A stretch of 64,000 bases of DNA, taken from assembly GCA_965237525.1 (NCBI GenBank), contig CBDEFO010000008.1:143607-207606 (forward strand), read 5' to 3'. Shown piece by piece: positions 7,231-17,060 of the stretch; the stretch's first letter is position 1; each line of letters opens with the position of its first letter. A model generated the notes under the pieces. It was not told the DNA's origin and did no database searches. It saw only the letters and a program-made list of their open reading frames with translations. A program made the translations under genes and the position numbers. This DNA is from Candidatus Latescibacterota bacterium. Lineage in GTDB: Bacteria > Latescibacterota > CBDEFO01.

Positions 7231-9860
7231 ATGCGAGGGATCGCGGATCGATTCAGCCTATTTATCCATCGGTCAATTTCATCGTCTTCAGGCGAGGATG
7301 GGTCGGATACTACGAGGCGTCCGCCCCTTCTTAAGACCCTTGCCGATTCCATGAGAAATGCGGGGACATCCCCGAAGTGATGGGGGGCGCTGCGGCAGGT
7401 TACAATATCGAAGGTTTGATCTTTGAAGGGAAGGTTCTCCGCATCGGTAAATTGAAAGATTACGTTGGAGATTCCGCGCTCTTTTGCAATTTTTCTCGCC
7501 TGTTTGAGCATGGGAGGAGTTATATCCGTGGCAATAACGGATCCTGCAAATTCCGCCACGGCAAAGGCGGTGAAGCCTGTGCCTGTGGCTACGTCCAAGC
7601 AGCAGTCTTTGCGGGTCGGACCAGCCAACTGTACGATTGCAGAGAGCGTCTCACCACTTGCGTGAACGGAGCTATTGGCGTATCGCTCGGCCTGTCTTCC
7701 GAACTGAGTCCTTGCAACGTCTTTTTTGCTCCCCGATAGATTCAATCGGGGATCGCATCGGGTCATAATAAGGTTGTTGTATCGATCCGTATGTGCCTGC
7801 CATTGAGGGCTGACTACCGCTGTGGATTCCCTCTCCTCCACGATGGCGGGACCTTTGAAGCTGGATCCGGGTGGGAGAGCGTATCGGTCGTAGACGGGAC
7901 AGTCTATGTATTCTTTGTACTCGTCGAAATAGACCTTCCGACGGGACTTAAGGGCGTCGTCTAAGTTGCCCTCCAAGGGCGTATGAAAGTTTAGTTTAAC
8001 CTCGGGCTTGGGTCCAGATGCGAACACTCTCCAGTTTAGGGCTTCTATCTCAAACCCCCTATTCAGTCTCTTGTAGTGCCTGAGGTATTCTTCTTCAAAG
8101 GCTCTCTGCAAAGTTTGGATCGCCTCGGAGGTTATCTCTCCCGAAGGTACAAGGACATTGATCTCGAAGCCCTGTCCCTTGTAGCGCATGTCGGCTGACC
8201 TGATTATGATTACATCTTGTTCCGGGACTCTGGCGTTTTCAAGCAGACTCAGGACTGACCTTTCCATATCGCCAAATATACTATTGAGTCGATCTATATC
8301 GAGTTCCCCAAGGGAAGAAATGTACGTGCGCACCAGATCGAAGGAGATCGGGGCGGTCAATAAGCCGAAGGCAGACGTGGCTCCGGCGGCAAGGGGGACT
8401 ATTATCTTTTCTATTCTGAGCTTTTCAGCGATCCGAGAGGCGTGCACTGGACCGGCCCCTCCGAACGCCGCAAGGGCGTACCTTCTGGAATCTTTGCCCT
8501 TTTCGACGGCGTGTATCCTTGAGCCGTTGGCCATGTTCTCGTTTACTACCTGATGAATTCCGAAAGCGGCCCGAGCCAGACCTAATCCGAGGGGTTCTGC
8601 TATTTTAGTCCGTATAGCGTCCACGGCCTTTTGAACGTTCAGCTTCATCCTGCCGCCGAGGAAGTACTCGGGGTTGAGGTAACCGAGGATTAGGTCTGCG
8701 TCTGTGACTGTGGGATCATCTCCGCCTTTATCGCAGCAGACAGGGCCGGGATCTGATCCTGCACTTTGGGGACCGACCTTCAAGAGTCCCATCTTGTCTA
8801 TCGTGGCGATGCTCCCGCCGCCTGCCCCTATTTCGATCATCTCTATGACCGGTACCTTTATGGGAAGTCCGCTGCCCTTTTTGAACCGGTGGACGCGTGC
8901 GATCTCGAAATCGGTGGTATATGTTGGGAGATTGTCAGTTATGATGCAGGTCTTGGCGGTAGTGCCTCCCATGTCGAATGAGATTATGTCAGGCGTATCT
9001 GTCAGTTTACCGTAGAAGACAGCGGCGAGTGCACCTGCTGCGGGACCAGATTCTATTATCCTTACAGGGAACTCTCCGGCTGTGTCGCAGGTGGCTATCC
9101 CTCCGTTGGAAAGCATTATATACAGATCGCTTTGAACCCCGAAGTCTTTCAATTCAGATTGAAGAGAGCCGAGATATCTCTCACAGAGGGGCTTGGCGTA
9201 AACGTTGGCGACTGTGGTGGATGTCCTTTCGTACTCTCTTATCTCAGGCACGACGTCAGATGAGAGAGATACTGACATCGCGGGTGCGATTTTAGCTATG
9301 GCATCCCTTACGGCAACCTCGTGAGCGGGATTTCGGTAGGAATGGAGGAGACAGACAGCTATCGCCTCCACGTCCTGGGACAGCAGGTATTTGATCTTTT
9401 CTGAGACTTCATCCCCATCGGGCTCTTTCATTACGTTCCCCTCGCTATCGAGCCTTTCATCTATTTCGCATCTGAGATATCTGGGGATCAGGGGTTCTGG
9501 AAGTTCCAGAAAAAGGTCGTATATGTCGTACCGCCTTTCTCTTCCTATCTCCAGGGCGTCTCTAAAGCCCTCTGTGGTTATAAGGCCTGTCTTTGCTCCC
9601 CTCCTCTCTATAATGGCGTTCGTAACGAGTGTGGTGCCGTGTATGGCGTTGGCTATGCCCTGGGGGAATATTGCATTTTCCTTGAGGATGTCGGAAAGAC
9701 CATCTACTACGGCTACAGATGGATCTTCTGCCGTGGTGGGAACCTTCTGGATTATTAGCTTTCCGGTCCGGTTATCCATAAGCATTATATCAGTAAATGT
9801 GCCGCCGATGTCCACGCCGAGGCGATATGTGTAAGAGGTACTGCCAGAAAGCATAGTCAC
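7227..9860 (-). CDS. hyuA: hydantoinase A/oxoprolinase-family protein (about 690 aa) continuing in frame, without a stop, into a Methyltransf_11-type SAM methyltransferase domain
   Basis: N-terminal GVDIGGTFTD hallmark. After ...TDRYNNLIM the ORF runs through MTRCDPRLNLSG (encoded by a REP-like element) into ...LDVATGTGFTAFAVAEF...RGGRLVVSD. Confidence 0.7.
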   Translation of the reverse strand: MTMLSGSTSYTYRLGVDIGGTFTDIMLMDNRTGKLIIQKVPTTAEDPSVAVVDGLSDILKENAIFPQGIANAIHGTTLVTNAIIERRGAKTGLITTEGFRDALEIGRERRYDIYDLFLELPEPLIPRYLRCEIDERLDSEGNVMKEPDGDEVSEKIKYLLSQDVEAIAVCLLHSYRNPAHEVAVRDAIAKIAPAMSVSLSSDVVPEIREYERTSTTVANVYAKPLCERYLGSLQSELKDFGVQSDLYIMLSNGGIATCDTAGEFPVRIIESGPAAGALAAVFYGKLTDTPDIISFDMGGTTAKTCIITDNLPTYTTDFEIARVHRFKKGSGLPIKVPVIEMIEIGAGGGSIATIDKMGLLKVGPQSAGSDPGPVCCDKGGDDPTVTDADLILGYLNPEYFLGGRMKLNVQKAVDAIRTKIAEPLGLGLARAAFGIHQVVNENMANGSRIHAVEKGKDSRRYALAAFGGAGPVHASRIAEKLRIEKIIVPLAAGATSAFGLLTAPISFDLVRTYISSLGELDIDRLNSIFGDMERSVLSLLENARVPEQDVIIIRSADMRYKGQGFEINVLVPSGEITSEAIQTLQRAFEEEYLRHYKRLNRGFEIEALNWRVFASGPKPEVKLNFHTPLEGNLDDALKSRRKVYFDEYKEYIDCPVYDRYALPPGSSFKGPAIVEERESTAVVSPQWQAHTDRYNNLIMTRCDPRLNLSGSKKDVARTQFGRQAERYANSSVHASGETLSAIVQLAGPTRKDCCLDVATGTGFTAFAVAEFAGSVIATDITPPMLKQARKIAKERGISNVIFQFTDAENLPFKDQTFDIVTCRSAPHHFGDVPAFLMESARVLRRGGRLVVSDPSSPEDDEIDRWINRLNRSAIPRM
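7731..7751. repeat. REP-like CCCCGATAGATTCAATCGGGG inside the coding junction between the hydantoinase A and methyltransferase domains
   Basis: Its reverse complement encodes DPRLNLSG in frame. Confidence 0.6.
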
Positions 9861-10804
9861 CTTTTAGCGAATATGAGTTGTACGTCCTTGCCTTCAATAT
9901 CTTCTATCTGTATCTCTTGAAAGCCCGCCTCTTTCAGCCATTCTCCATACTCCTCCTGGGTCCAGGTGCCTCCACTTTCCGTGTTGACCAGCATATTGAC
10001 CGCAAATAGCGGGGCGTAAGGGCTTCGACCCCGCACAAAGTCGAGGATCGCCACGTATCCATCAGAGCCGAGAGATTGGCCCGCTCTGTTGAAAAGTGCC
10101 TTGTTATCCTCCGGGCCATATATATGGGTTATGTTGCCCATAAAGATAAGGTCAAAGGGGACTTGGGGGACCGACTCCAAGAAATCGCCCACAACTAAAT
10201 CTATCCTCTTCTCCATCCCGAGAACAGGTCTAACAATATCTATCACTTCGGGTGTATCCAAGACAGTTACCCTGATGCCCCTTGCGGCAAATTCTACAGC
10301 GTGTGCCCCCGGACCACCTCCCAGATCTAACAGGGTCTTCATATTTGGGACGTATTCAAAGCAGATGTCCACAGCTTCCCGGACCGACTCTTTCGGTCTT
10401 TGTGCCATAGCCGCCACGAAGGTTTTGAGCTCCTCTTCGGATCTGAATCCTTGGGGGGTCTTTTCTCCCTTTATAAGTTCAGGGATAATCAGCCATCGCC
10501 CCACCAGTTCGTACCGAAGCATAATCCTGCCAGCAGAATAGATGGGACTTGTAGAATCTACAAAGATATCCCTTGCTCTGTCGCTTATGTGATACTTTTC
10601 CTCGTGTTTATCCAGATAACCCTCCTCCACAAGAGCGTCAGCGACAGCTATGATAGCTCTTTGATCTCCTTTAAGACCAGTTTCAATCTCAGGCGCGGAC
10701 AGCGGACCATCGGACAAGAGGTCAAATATGCCCGCCTTGAAGGCACCTCCCACAAGCAACAGTACCTCCCAGTTGTCCAATTTTGATATGAGTTCTTCTG
10801 ACAT
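9857..10804 (-). CDS. class I SAM-dependent O-methyltransferase (family 2 OMT with N-terminal dimerisation/winged-helix domain)
   Basis: LDLGGGPG SAM motif and OMT-like architecture. Probable start MSEELISKL is preceded by GAGGAGG. Overlaps the hyuA start by 4 bp, so probably co-transcribed. Confidence 0.7.
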   Translation of the reverse strand: MSEELISKLDNWEVLLLVGGAFKAGIFDLLSDGPLSAPEIETGLKGDQRAIIAVADALVEEGYLDKHEEKYHISDRARDIFVDSTSPIYSAGRIMLRYELVGRWLIIPELIKGEKTPQGFRSEEELKTFVAAMAQRPKESVREAVDICFEYVPNMKTLLDLGGGPGAHAVEFAARGIRVTVLDTPEVIDIVRPVLGMEKRIDLVVGDFLESVPQVPFDLIFMGNITHIYGPEDNKALFNRAGQSLGSDGYVAILDFVRGRSPYAPLFAVNMLVNTESGGTWTQEEYGEWLKEAGFQEIQIEDIEGKDVQLIFAKR

Positions 10805-11202
10805 TACGGCAATCTTCCTCCTCAAGAAAGTAGTGTAGGGGCGAGGTCTCCTCGCCCATGTCAGACAAGCATGTCTGGCTCACCACGCCGAACCCAAGCC
10901 CCTCATGTTTCAAGGGCGCAGACCAACCGTTCGTATGATGTCATCGGTTACCTCCCAAGTTTAGATCCCTGTAAAAAAGCTCAAGCAAAAAGACATCACC
11001 TTTGTCCTTCAAGGCACGCAGTGTGAAAATAAAGGAAAACGTCTTACAGATCGTATGTGATTGTATCACAGCCGCGTGCAGACATTGTCTCTTTGGAGGT
11101 ATTTAGCCGTATGAGATGAAGGGCTATGCAACTTTTGAGGGCATATAACCCTGCTGGCGCACAAAAATGACTATAATTGTATTATTTACCTTACTTTAGT
11201 GC

Positions 11203-11231
11203 TTGACAACTCAACATCTTTGGATTATATT
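11203..11231 (+). promoter_or_regulatory. sigma70-type promoter, TTGACA-17 bp-TATATT
   Basis: Exact -35 consensus and a near-consensus -10 with a 17-bp spacer; points toward the Rrf2 gene. Confidence 0.55.
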
Positions 11232-11412
11232 GAAACGTTACCCGTAAGTTCAGGTGCTCTGTCGCTAAACCCCTTGGAGGCGACAACAGCAGGCGAGGTT
11301 CATTTTTAATTCCTAACGAATCTAACAAAGTGGTGAATATAGATACAGATGTAGTTATTTTAATAAACAAACTGCTTGTAGTCAAGCCATTTTGTACAGA
11401 GGAGGAGAGGAA

Positions 11413-11853
11413 ATGCAGTTAACTATAGCAGTGGATTATGCCACGCGGGCACTTATGCATCTGGCATCTCAGCCCAGTCCAAAGGCAGTCCTTATCAGCC
11501 AGATAGCCCAAGCAGAAAATATTCCCAAAAGTTTCCTTGCCAAGATCCTCCAAGATTTAGTCAAGGCAGGTTTTGTCAGGTCCAGAAGGGGCACCAAAGG
11601 GGGATTTTTCTTGGCATGTAATGCTGATGAGCTTACGATGCGGCAGGTGGTGGAAGCGATAGATGGACCTGTTGTGTTTCGCCAGTGCATATTGAGATGG
11701 GAGGGGTGTCCTCACGAAAGGGATTGTGCCCTGTGCGATGTGTGGTTAGAGGCAGAGGAGAAGATGCTTGAGTTGCTGGAGAAGTCTAGGATAGCCGATC
11801 TGCTGTTATATGAGAAGCAGAAAGGAGCTGAAATTCGACAAGATCAGCCGTAG
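11413..11853 (+). CDS. Rrf2-family transcriptional regulator (IscR/NsrR-like, probable Fe-S ligand cysteines)
   Basis: N-terminal wHTH LTIAVDYATRALMHLA and cysteine cluster C-x6-C-x5-C-x2-C. RBS GGAGGAGAGG precedes the ATG. Confidence 0.75.
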   Translation: MQLTIAVDYATRALMHLASQPSPKAVLISQIAQAENIPKSFLAKILQDLVKAGFVRSRRGTKGGFFLACNADELTMRQVVEAIDGPVVFRQCILRWEGCPHERDCALCDVWLEAEEKMLELLEKSRIADLLLYEKQKGAEIRQDQP

Positions 11854-12196
11854 CGTCCCATGTGTCCCTTAAATGTTTGAGAATCCGACTCAGACGATAT
11901 GTCCTTTTGCTCTGTTCAGTACTGTTATTCACCCTCAGATATATGGCTCTTCTGACGCCCCAATACTATCCATGCTTTTGATAACTGTCCTCCACGCGGC
12001 AGTCATGGGCAGACCGTGGTAACCTGCAAGAGAAAGCTTAACAAGAGCCACGCAGGCTTCATCAGAACGTGGGTCGAACCTCGTCTCTGTGCGATGATGG
12101 ACAGAAGAATCCTCGCCCCAGGGACAGAGTCGGAGCACAATGTCTCCCGTCTCACATGTCTCCAGCCACTTTAAGCCTGAATCGAGTGAACTTTAG

Positions 12197-13715
12197 AAGC
12201 CTTGTGAAAAACCCTTAGATTCAGAAAATAGTATAAAACAAGCATTGATAAAGCAGCTCCGATGTATTATATTATGTTATTGATAATATTATACATGGAG
12301 GAAACAATGACCCCACAAAAGCAGGAACAGACAAATCCGATGTTTCACTATTTTCAGATGGAGGATTTAGTTCCCGAGGATCATATCCTTCGTCAGATTG
12401 ATGAGGCAGTTGATTTTTCATTTGTACGAGACGTTGTATCAGATTGTTATTGCCCTGACAATGGCAGACCCGGTATTGATCCTGAATTAGTTGTTCGAAT
12501 GATCCTTATTGGCTATCTGTATAATTTGAGTGAGAATCGGCTCTGTCAGGAAGTGGGGATGCATGCGGCATATCGGTTGTTTTGTCATCAGACATTTGAT
12601 GATGCGGTTCCGGATAGGAGCACGATCAACAAGCTTCGCAATCACAAGTGGGCATCCAGTGGGTTGTTTGAACGGATAATGCGTCAGGTAGTCCAGTGTT
12701 GCATAGATGTCGGTCTTGTGAGCGGTAAACACCTTAGTGTCGACGGCACTCAGATACAAGCTGATGCTTCAGTGAAAAGTATTGAGCCGATAGAACCCCC
12801 TTTTTCTCTTGATGATTATCTCAAGGGAATCGGTTTTGAAGGTGATAAGACAAAGGGTAGGTCCGGGCATCCTCAGGATAAAGACTTTCATGGTGAAAAG
12901 TGGACGAACCAAACACACCGTTCGACTACAGACCCCGACGCGCGCTTATACAGCAAATCGAAGGGCAAAGGGGCTTTTCTCTCGTTTATGGGCCATGATC
13001 TGATCGACACAAAAAGCAGAGTAATCCTTGAGACTCAGGGCACGCAGGCGACAGGGACAGCAGAGCCCGAAAGTGCCCTTAAGATGGTAGATGACCTTGA
13101 AACATACACCATGCCCAAAGACATTCAGACACTTAGTGCCGATACCGGTTACGGTTCTGGTAATTTTATCGCTGATGTACTTGACCGGGGAATCATACCC
13201 CATATTCCTCTGCGAGCCGATGAGAAGATTGAACCGATTCCTACATGGAAAAACAAGACAAATCCAGCACATATTCAGGCCGAACGGGATAGAAAAGTGC
13301 GAGAGGCGAAAGCCAGAAATCATGCACGGTCTATCTCATTAACAGCTGACTACAAACTCTCCCGGAGACTCCGTAAACGCAGTGAACATATCTTTGCTGA
13401 AGCCAGGCAACAACACGGTATGGGACGAGCCCGTTATAGAGGACCAGCCTCACTGAATGAACAGTTGAATCTTGTTGCAACAGTACAGAATCTCAAGAGG
13501 CTTGTATCTTTCATAAGAAGGGGGAAAGCGCCTATGTGTGCCCTGTCTGTCAAAGACAGTGCATCCTGTTCTTCAAACAGCTCCTATTCCTTGCTGACCA
13601 GAACTCTGATAAGACTATTTTGCTTATTCCACAGCAAAACGATACGATATGCTACTCTTTGACCCATAATCGGCGCTTCAGACGCTGCCTGGGACATAAC
13701 TATTTCACAAGGCTT
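12197..13715 (+). mobile_element. IS5/IS1182-superfamily insertion sequence, complete copy 2 (about 1.52 kb)
   Basis: Terminal inverted repeats AAGCCTTGTGAAA... and ...TTTCACAAGGCTT. Flanked by TTAG at the left and CTAA at the right. Same element at 1-987, 49062-50589 (minus strand) and 63555-end. Confidence 0.85.
12307..13662 (+). CDS. DDE transposase (DUF772 plus DDE_Tnp_1-type), intact
   Basis: ORF 12262-13662. ATG at 12307 (MTPQKQ...) has RBS GGAGGAAACA. N-terminal motif ILIGYLYNLSENRLCQEV is typical of IS5/IS1182 transposase N-termini. Confidence 0.85.
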   Translation: MTPQKQEQTNPMFHYFQMEDLVPEDHILRQIDEAVDFSFVRDVVSDCYCPDNGRPGIDPELVVRMILIGYLYNLSENRLCQEVGMHAAYRLFCHQTFDDAVPDRSTINKLRNHKWASSGLFERIMRQVVQCCIDVGLVSGKHLSVDGTQIQADASVKSIEPIEPPFSLDDYLKGIGFEGDKTKGRSGHPQDKDFHGEKWTNQTHRSTTDPDARLYSKSKGKGAFLSFMGHDLIDTKSRVILETQGTQATGTAEPESALKMVDDLETYTMPKDIQTLSADTGYGSGNFIADVLDRGIIPHIPLRADEKIEPIPTWKNKTNPAHIQAERDRKVREAKARNHARSISLTADYKLSRRLRKRSEHIFAEARQQHGMGRARYRGPASLNEQLNLVATVQNLKRLVSFIRRGKAPMCALSVKDSASCSSNSSYSLLTRTLIRLFCLFHSKTIRYATL

Positions 13716-13831
13716 CTAATGCAATATGGAGGTTTCGTAAATTTATAAATGTTTTGAATCGTAAGTCTCCATATCAGAGTTGACTTTGTCACAAAAGTCT
13801 CTAAAATTCTATCAGGGCGCCTGGGGCATCA

Positions 13832-14776
13832 CTAAGCTGCATCCCCCTTGCCTATAATCTCGTTGATCCTTTTCATCTGGTCTTCCCCCAGCTTCCAATC
13901 TCCTGCACGGGCGTTTTTCTCCACCTGATCTGGTCTCGTCGCCCCGCATATAGCCAGCGTCACTCCCGGCTGATGAATAGTCCAATTTGTCACTAACTCC
14001 GCTAAAGAACTTCCGCACTCATCTGCTATCCCTCTCAATCTGTCCAGCATATCTAACGTCCTTTCAAACCTTTCGCCCCGAAACTCAGGGTCATTCTTTC
14101 TGCTGTCCCCCTTGGGAAAGCTGTGTCCCTTTTGATACTTGCCCGTCAACAGCCCCTTGTAGAAGGGCCAGTACACGCACACCCCTATCCCCGACTCTAT
14201 ACAGTGGGGCAATATCTCATCCTCAATTGCCCGCATTATCATATTGTAGGGAGGTTGAAGAGAATGGAGCGGCGCGTATTCTGCAAACTCCTTCATAGAG
14301 GACACACTATAGTTGCTCACCCCGATCGCCCTTATCTTACCTTCTCTTAGAAGGTCATCCATCGTCTGCGCTGTATCCCGGAGGGGCGTATTCTCATCGT
14401 ACGCATGGACTTGATAAAGATCTATCACATCTATATTCAACCTCTTCAGGCTCTCCTCCACCTGTCGCTTTATTCTTCCCCTGGAGCTATCGTGGCACAG
14501 TTGGTCATCCTTCCAGTGGAGTCCACCTTTGGTGGCTATGATCACCTCATCTCTCCTACCCTGGATAGCCCTTCCCACAAGCCTTTCGGACTCGCCGTTC
14601 TTGCCGTACATATACGCGGTATCTATAAAGTTTATCCCCACGTCCAGGGACTTTTTAATGGCAGCGATGGACTCTTTATCATCCACGCCGCTCCAACCGA
14701 TCCCCGCGATAGGCCAGCATCCCAGACCTATTACGGAGACATTAAAGCCTGAATCTCCAAGCTGGCGATATTCCAT
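13832..14776 (-). CDS. aldo/keto reductase family oxidoreductase
   Basis: MEYRQLGDSGFNVSVIGLGCW... and IDTAYMYG motifs. Confidence 0.85.
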   Translation of the reverse strand: MEYRQLGDSGFNVSVIGLGCWPIAGIGWSGVDDKESIAAIKKSLDVGINFIDTAYMYGKNGESERLVGRAIQGRRDEVIIATKGGLHWKDDQLCHDSSRGRIKRQVEESLKRLNIDVIDLYQVHAYDENTPLRDTAQTMDDLLREGKIRAIGVSNYSVSSMKEFAEYAPLHSLQPPYNMIMRAIEDEILPHCIESGIGVCVYWPFYKGLLTGKYQKGHSFPKGDSRKNDPEFRGERFERTLDMLDRLRGIADECGSSLAELVTNWTIHQPGVTLAICGATRPDQVEKNARAGDWKLGEDQMKRINEIIGKGDAA

Positions 14777-14970
14777 GGCAAACTCCGTAAGGTTAGGTAG
14801 CCGATAACCGCTCAAGGCATAGGTATCACGTCTTTCCAGAAGTCGACTAATACGGCCTCCGCAGGCTCGCCCTTAGGGGAGTAGTCAAGATCGACCCAGT
14901 TCCACCAGAAGATTCCTTCGAGCCAGGCACTCGCAGAAAGCACTGATAGAGCGGCTCTGTAGGAGTCGGC

Positions 14971-15831
14971 CTACTCCTGAAGGTCTTCTTTGGCCCCTTC
15001 AGGAACGGTCCACGGCTCAACGCTGGTTCCGTCCCAGACAGAATAGCCGATCTCCGTTACGACAACTTTTCTTCCGACTGACGCCTGCCAAACCGCTATG
15101 CTATCTGCCCACCTTTCCCATCCATCCATTATCTCCCCGAAAGGGGCGTCTGCTCTTTCTGTCAGTGGGAAGTAAGCGTTGATCCCCGCGTAGTCTAATT
15201 CGTCCCAGAACTCTATCTTTTGATACTCGTCGAAGTTGGCGGCATACGTCAAATCGCCCCTGAAATGTCCCCTCACATCCCTTGAAATCCCTCTCCAGTG
15301 TGAGGCAAATGCGCTCATCCCCACAAACTCTGTGCCGATGCAGAACTGTTCCACGTTATGCTCTGACGCAATCTTTGCGTAGTGCGAGATGAATTCCTTG
15401 TAGCTCGAAAACCATCTTTCTATATCCTGGGACTCCCGGAGTGCAATGTGTCCCCTCCACGTCCCGTCCAGGACGTCCACATGGGGTTTCAGCATGACCT
15501 TTAAGCCGATCTGGTGAGCCAAGTCAATTGTTTCCTGCAGGAAGTCGTCGGCGATGGTCTTTCTGCTGTCTTTGTGTATGCGACTCGAGTTCGGAGTGTT
15601 TTGATACCATGTGGCGGTTAGAGAGACCCAGTTTGCTCCGGTGGAGGCAATCTCATTTAAAACTCCTTCTGCGCTTTCGCCCGTAAGGCAGTAGTACTCC
15701 CAGCAGGCGAAAGACACGCCCCTTTGATAGCCATTATATCTAATAGGATCGGACGGACCTGTGGCATCGGAACAGTTGAAAAGATAGGGCTGAAGTAAAG
15801 ATAGGAGCAGAATCGCTGCGTTTCGATTCAA
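14971..15831 (-). CDS. secreted clan GH-A (GH5/GH113-like) glycoside hydrolase; in-frame TAG at 14971-14973 followed by 51 more conserved-looking codons to 14818
   Basis: Signal peptide; catalytic-like IGTEF and VVVTEIGY motifs. After the TAG, the same frame reads ADSYRAALSVLSASAWLEGIFWWNWVDLDYSPKGEP... Confidence 0.55.
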   Translation of the reverse strand: MNRNAAILLLSLLQPYLFNCSDATGPSDPIRYNGYQRGVSFACWEYYCLTGESAEGVLNEIASTGANWVSLTATWYQNTPNSSRIHKDSRKTIADDFLQETIDLAHQIGLKVMLKPHVDVLDGTWRGHIALRESQDIERWFSSYKEFISHYAKIASEHNVEQFCIGTEFVGMSAFASHWRGISRDVRGHFRGDLTYAANFDEYQKIEFWDELDYAGINAYFPLTERADAPFGEIMDGWERWADSIAVWQASVGRKVVVTEIGYSVWDGTSVEPWTVPEGAKEDLQE

Positions 15832-15898
15832 TTGCGCACGTCTCCTGAATGTCGTCTTTGAAGATTTTGTGCAGTGTACATTTCTGATGCGGGCCAGT

Positions 15899-16561
15899 TT
15901 ATTGATCCTCCAACCTGTTAAGATAATCTATGACTTCAGCAATATCCACCACATCGCCAAACTTGGCGTCTATATCAAAGAGGTTCCACTCGTGAGCCTC
16001 TGCAGCTCGGTCCTGGACGCATTGCCGTGGGACGACGGGCCTAAATCTGTAAGAGCGTGCGTCCACTACCGTTGCCCTTACACACGCGCTGGTAGAACAC
16101 CCGGTAGTAATCAGCGTGTCCACACCGCGCTCAATCAGATACGGAGCCAGATGCGTGCCAAAGAAGGCGCTGGAATATTCCTTGTAGATGATGAGATCCT
16201 CTTTTTTAGGCTTTAGGCGCGCGTCGATCTGGCAGGCGCGTCCATCCCAGGGCCGATACCTGATGTCAGCCCCAGGCTGTGTATGCATCGGCCCTGCTGT
16301 TCCCTCGCGGAACGGTGCAGTAGTGTAAATGATAGGCACGTTCTTTGCGCGGCAAACCGGCAACAGCCGCTGGATACCCTCCACTGCCTCATCCAGACGC
16401 GCGGAGCCGCCCGCGTATTCCGGGTCGGTCCAGCCGTAGGCCATGTCAATAATGACCAGCGCAGGTTTCCTCCCAAAGCCCAATTTCTGCAGGAAGATAC
16501 CACTCTGTTCATAGAAGTCCCTGACCGACTGAATGACCTTCTGTACGGCATTTTTATCCAT
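15899..16561 (-). CDS. isochorismatase-family cysteine hydrolase (N-carbamoylsarcosine amidase-like)
   Basis: PALVIIDM and ITTGCSTSACVRATVVDA motifs typical of isochorismatase-like amidohydrolases. Confidence 0.75.
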   Translation of the reverse strand: MDKNAVQKVIQSVRDFYEQSGIFLQKLGFGRKPALVIIDMAYGWTDPEYAGGSARLDEAVEGIQRLLPVCRAKNVPIIYTTAPFREGTAGPMHTQPGADIRYRPWDGRACQIDARLKPKKEDLIIYKEYSSAFFGTHLAPYLIERGVDTLITTGCSTSACVRATVVDARSYRFRPVVPRQCVQDRAAEAHEWNLFDIDAKFGDVVDIAEVIDYLNRLEDQ

Positions 16562-17060
16562 GACTTTTGCGCCGAGGGCACTCCGAACTGTGCCGGCACT
16601 TCCTCCTCTCTCTTGACCTGCTCCTGCAAACTGCGTGCATGTGGTTGAAGCTCAATGTTTAGCTCTCCAAGACGTTAGCGATCAAGGTAACATAATGGAC
16701 TAACTGCGACAGTTTTTGGACAGTTTAGAATCGTCTGGGGGAGTAAACCCCTATCTACTGTCTGCGAGATTGCTTATCCTTGCTGGAAATTCGGTTGCTT
16801 GACTCCGGCATAAGAACCTTGGCCACACATTAGGAGCCAGGGCAGAGGTGGCAACAAGCCACGGAGCGGTCGCCCGTACATTTACATGAAACATACGAGC
16901 TTTGCATCTCTAAATCAAGCAAAATCTGATGTTATCTTTTCAGAAGCGATGCAAAAATAGCTTGATCTTCGGTCCAGTGGAAGGTATCTTATGGTCGAGA
17001 AGATGCTACAGAACTTAGTGGCCTCTGCAGAAATGACAGTCATTACGAGGAGGTGAAGGA

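Noticed and set aside
11935-12138. 67-aa minus-strand ORF immediately upstream of IS copy 2, considered as a remnant of a gene disrupted by the IS
   Set aside because: No recognisable family motif and no matching continuation on the other side of the IS (13716 onward); cannot be supported from sequence alone.
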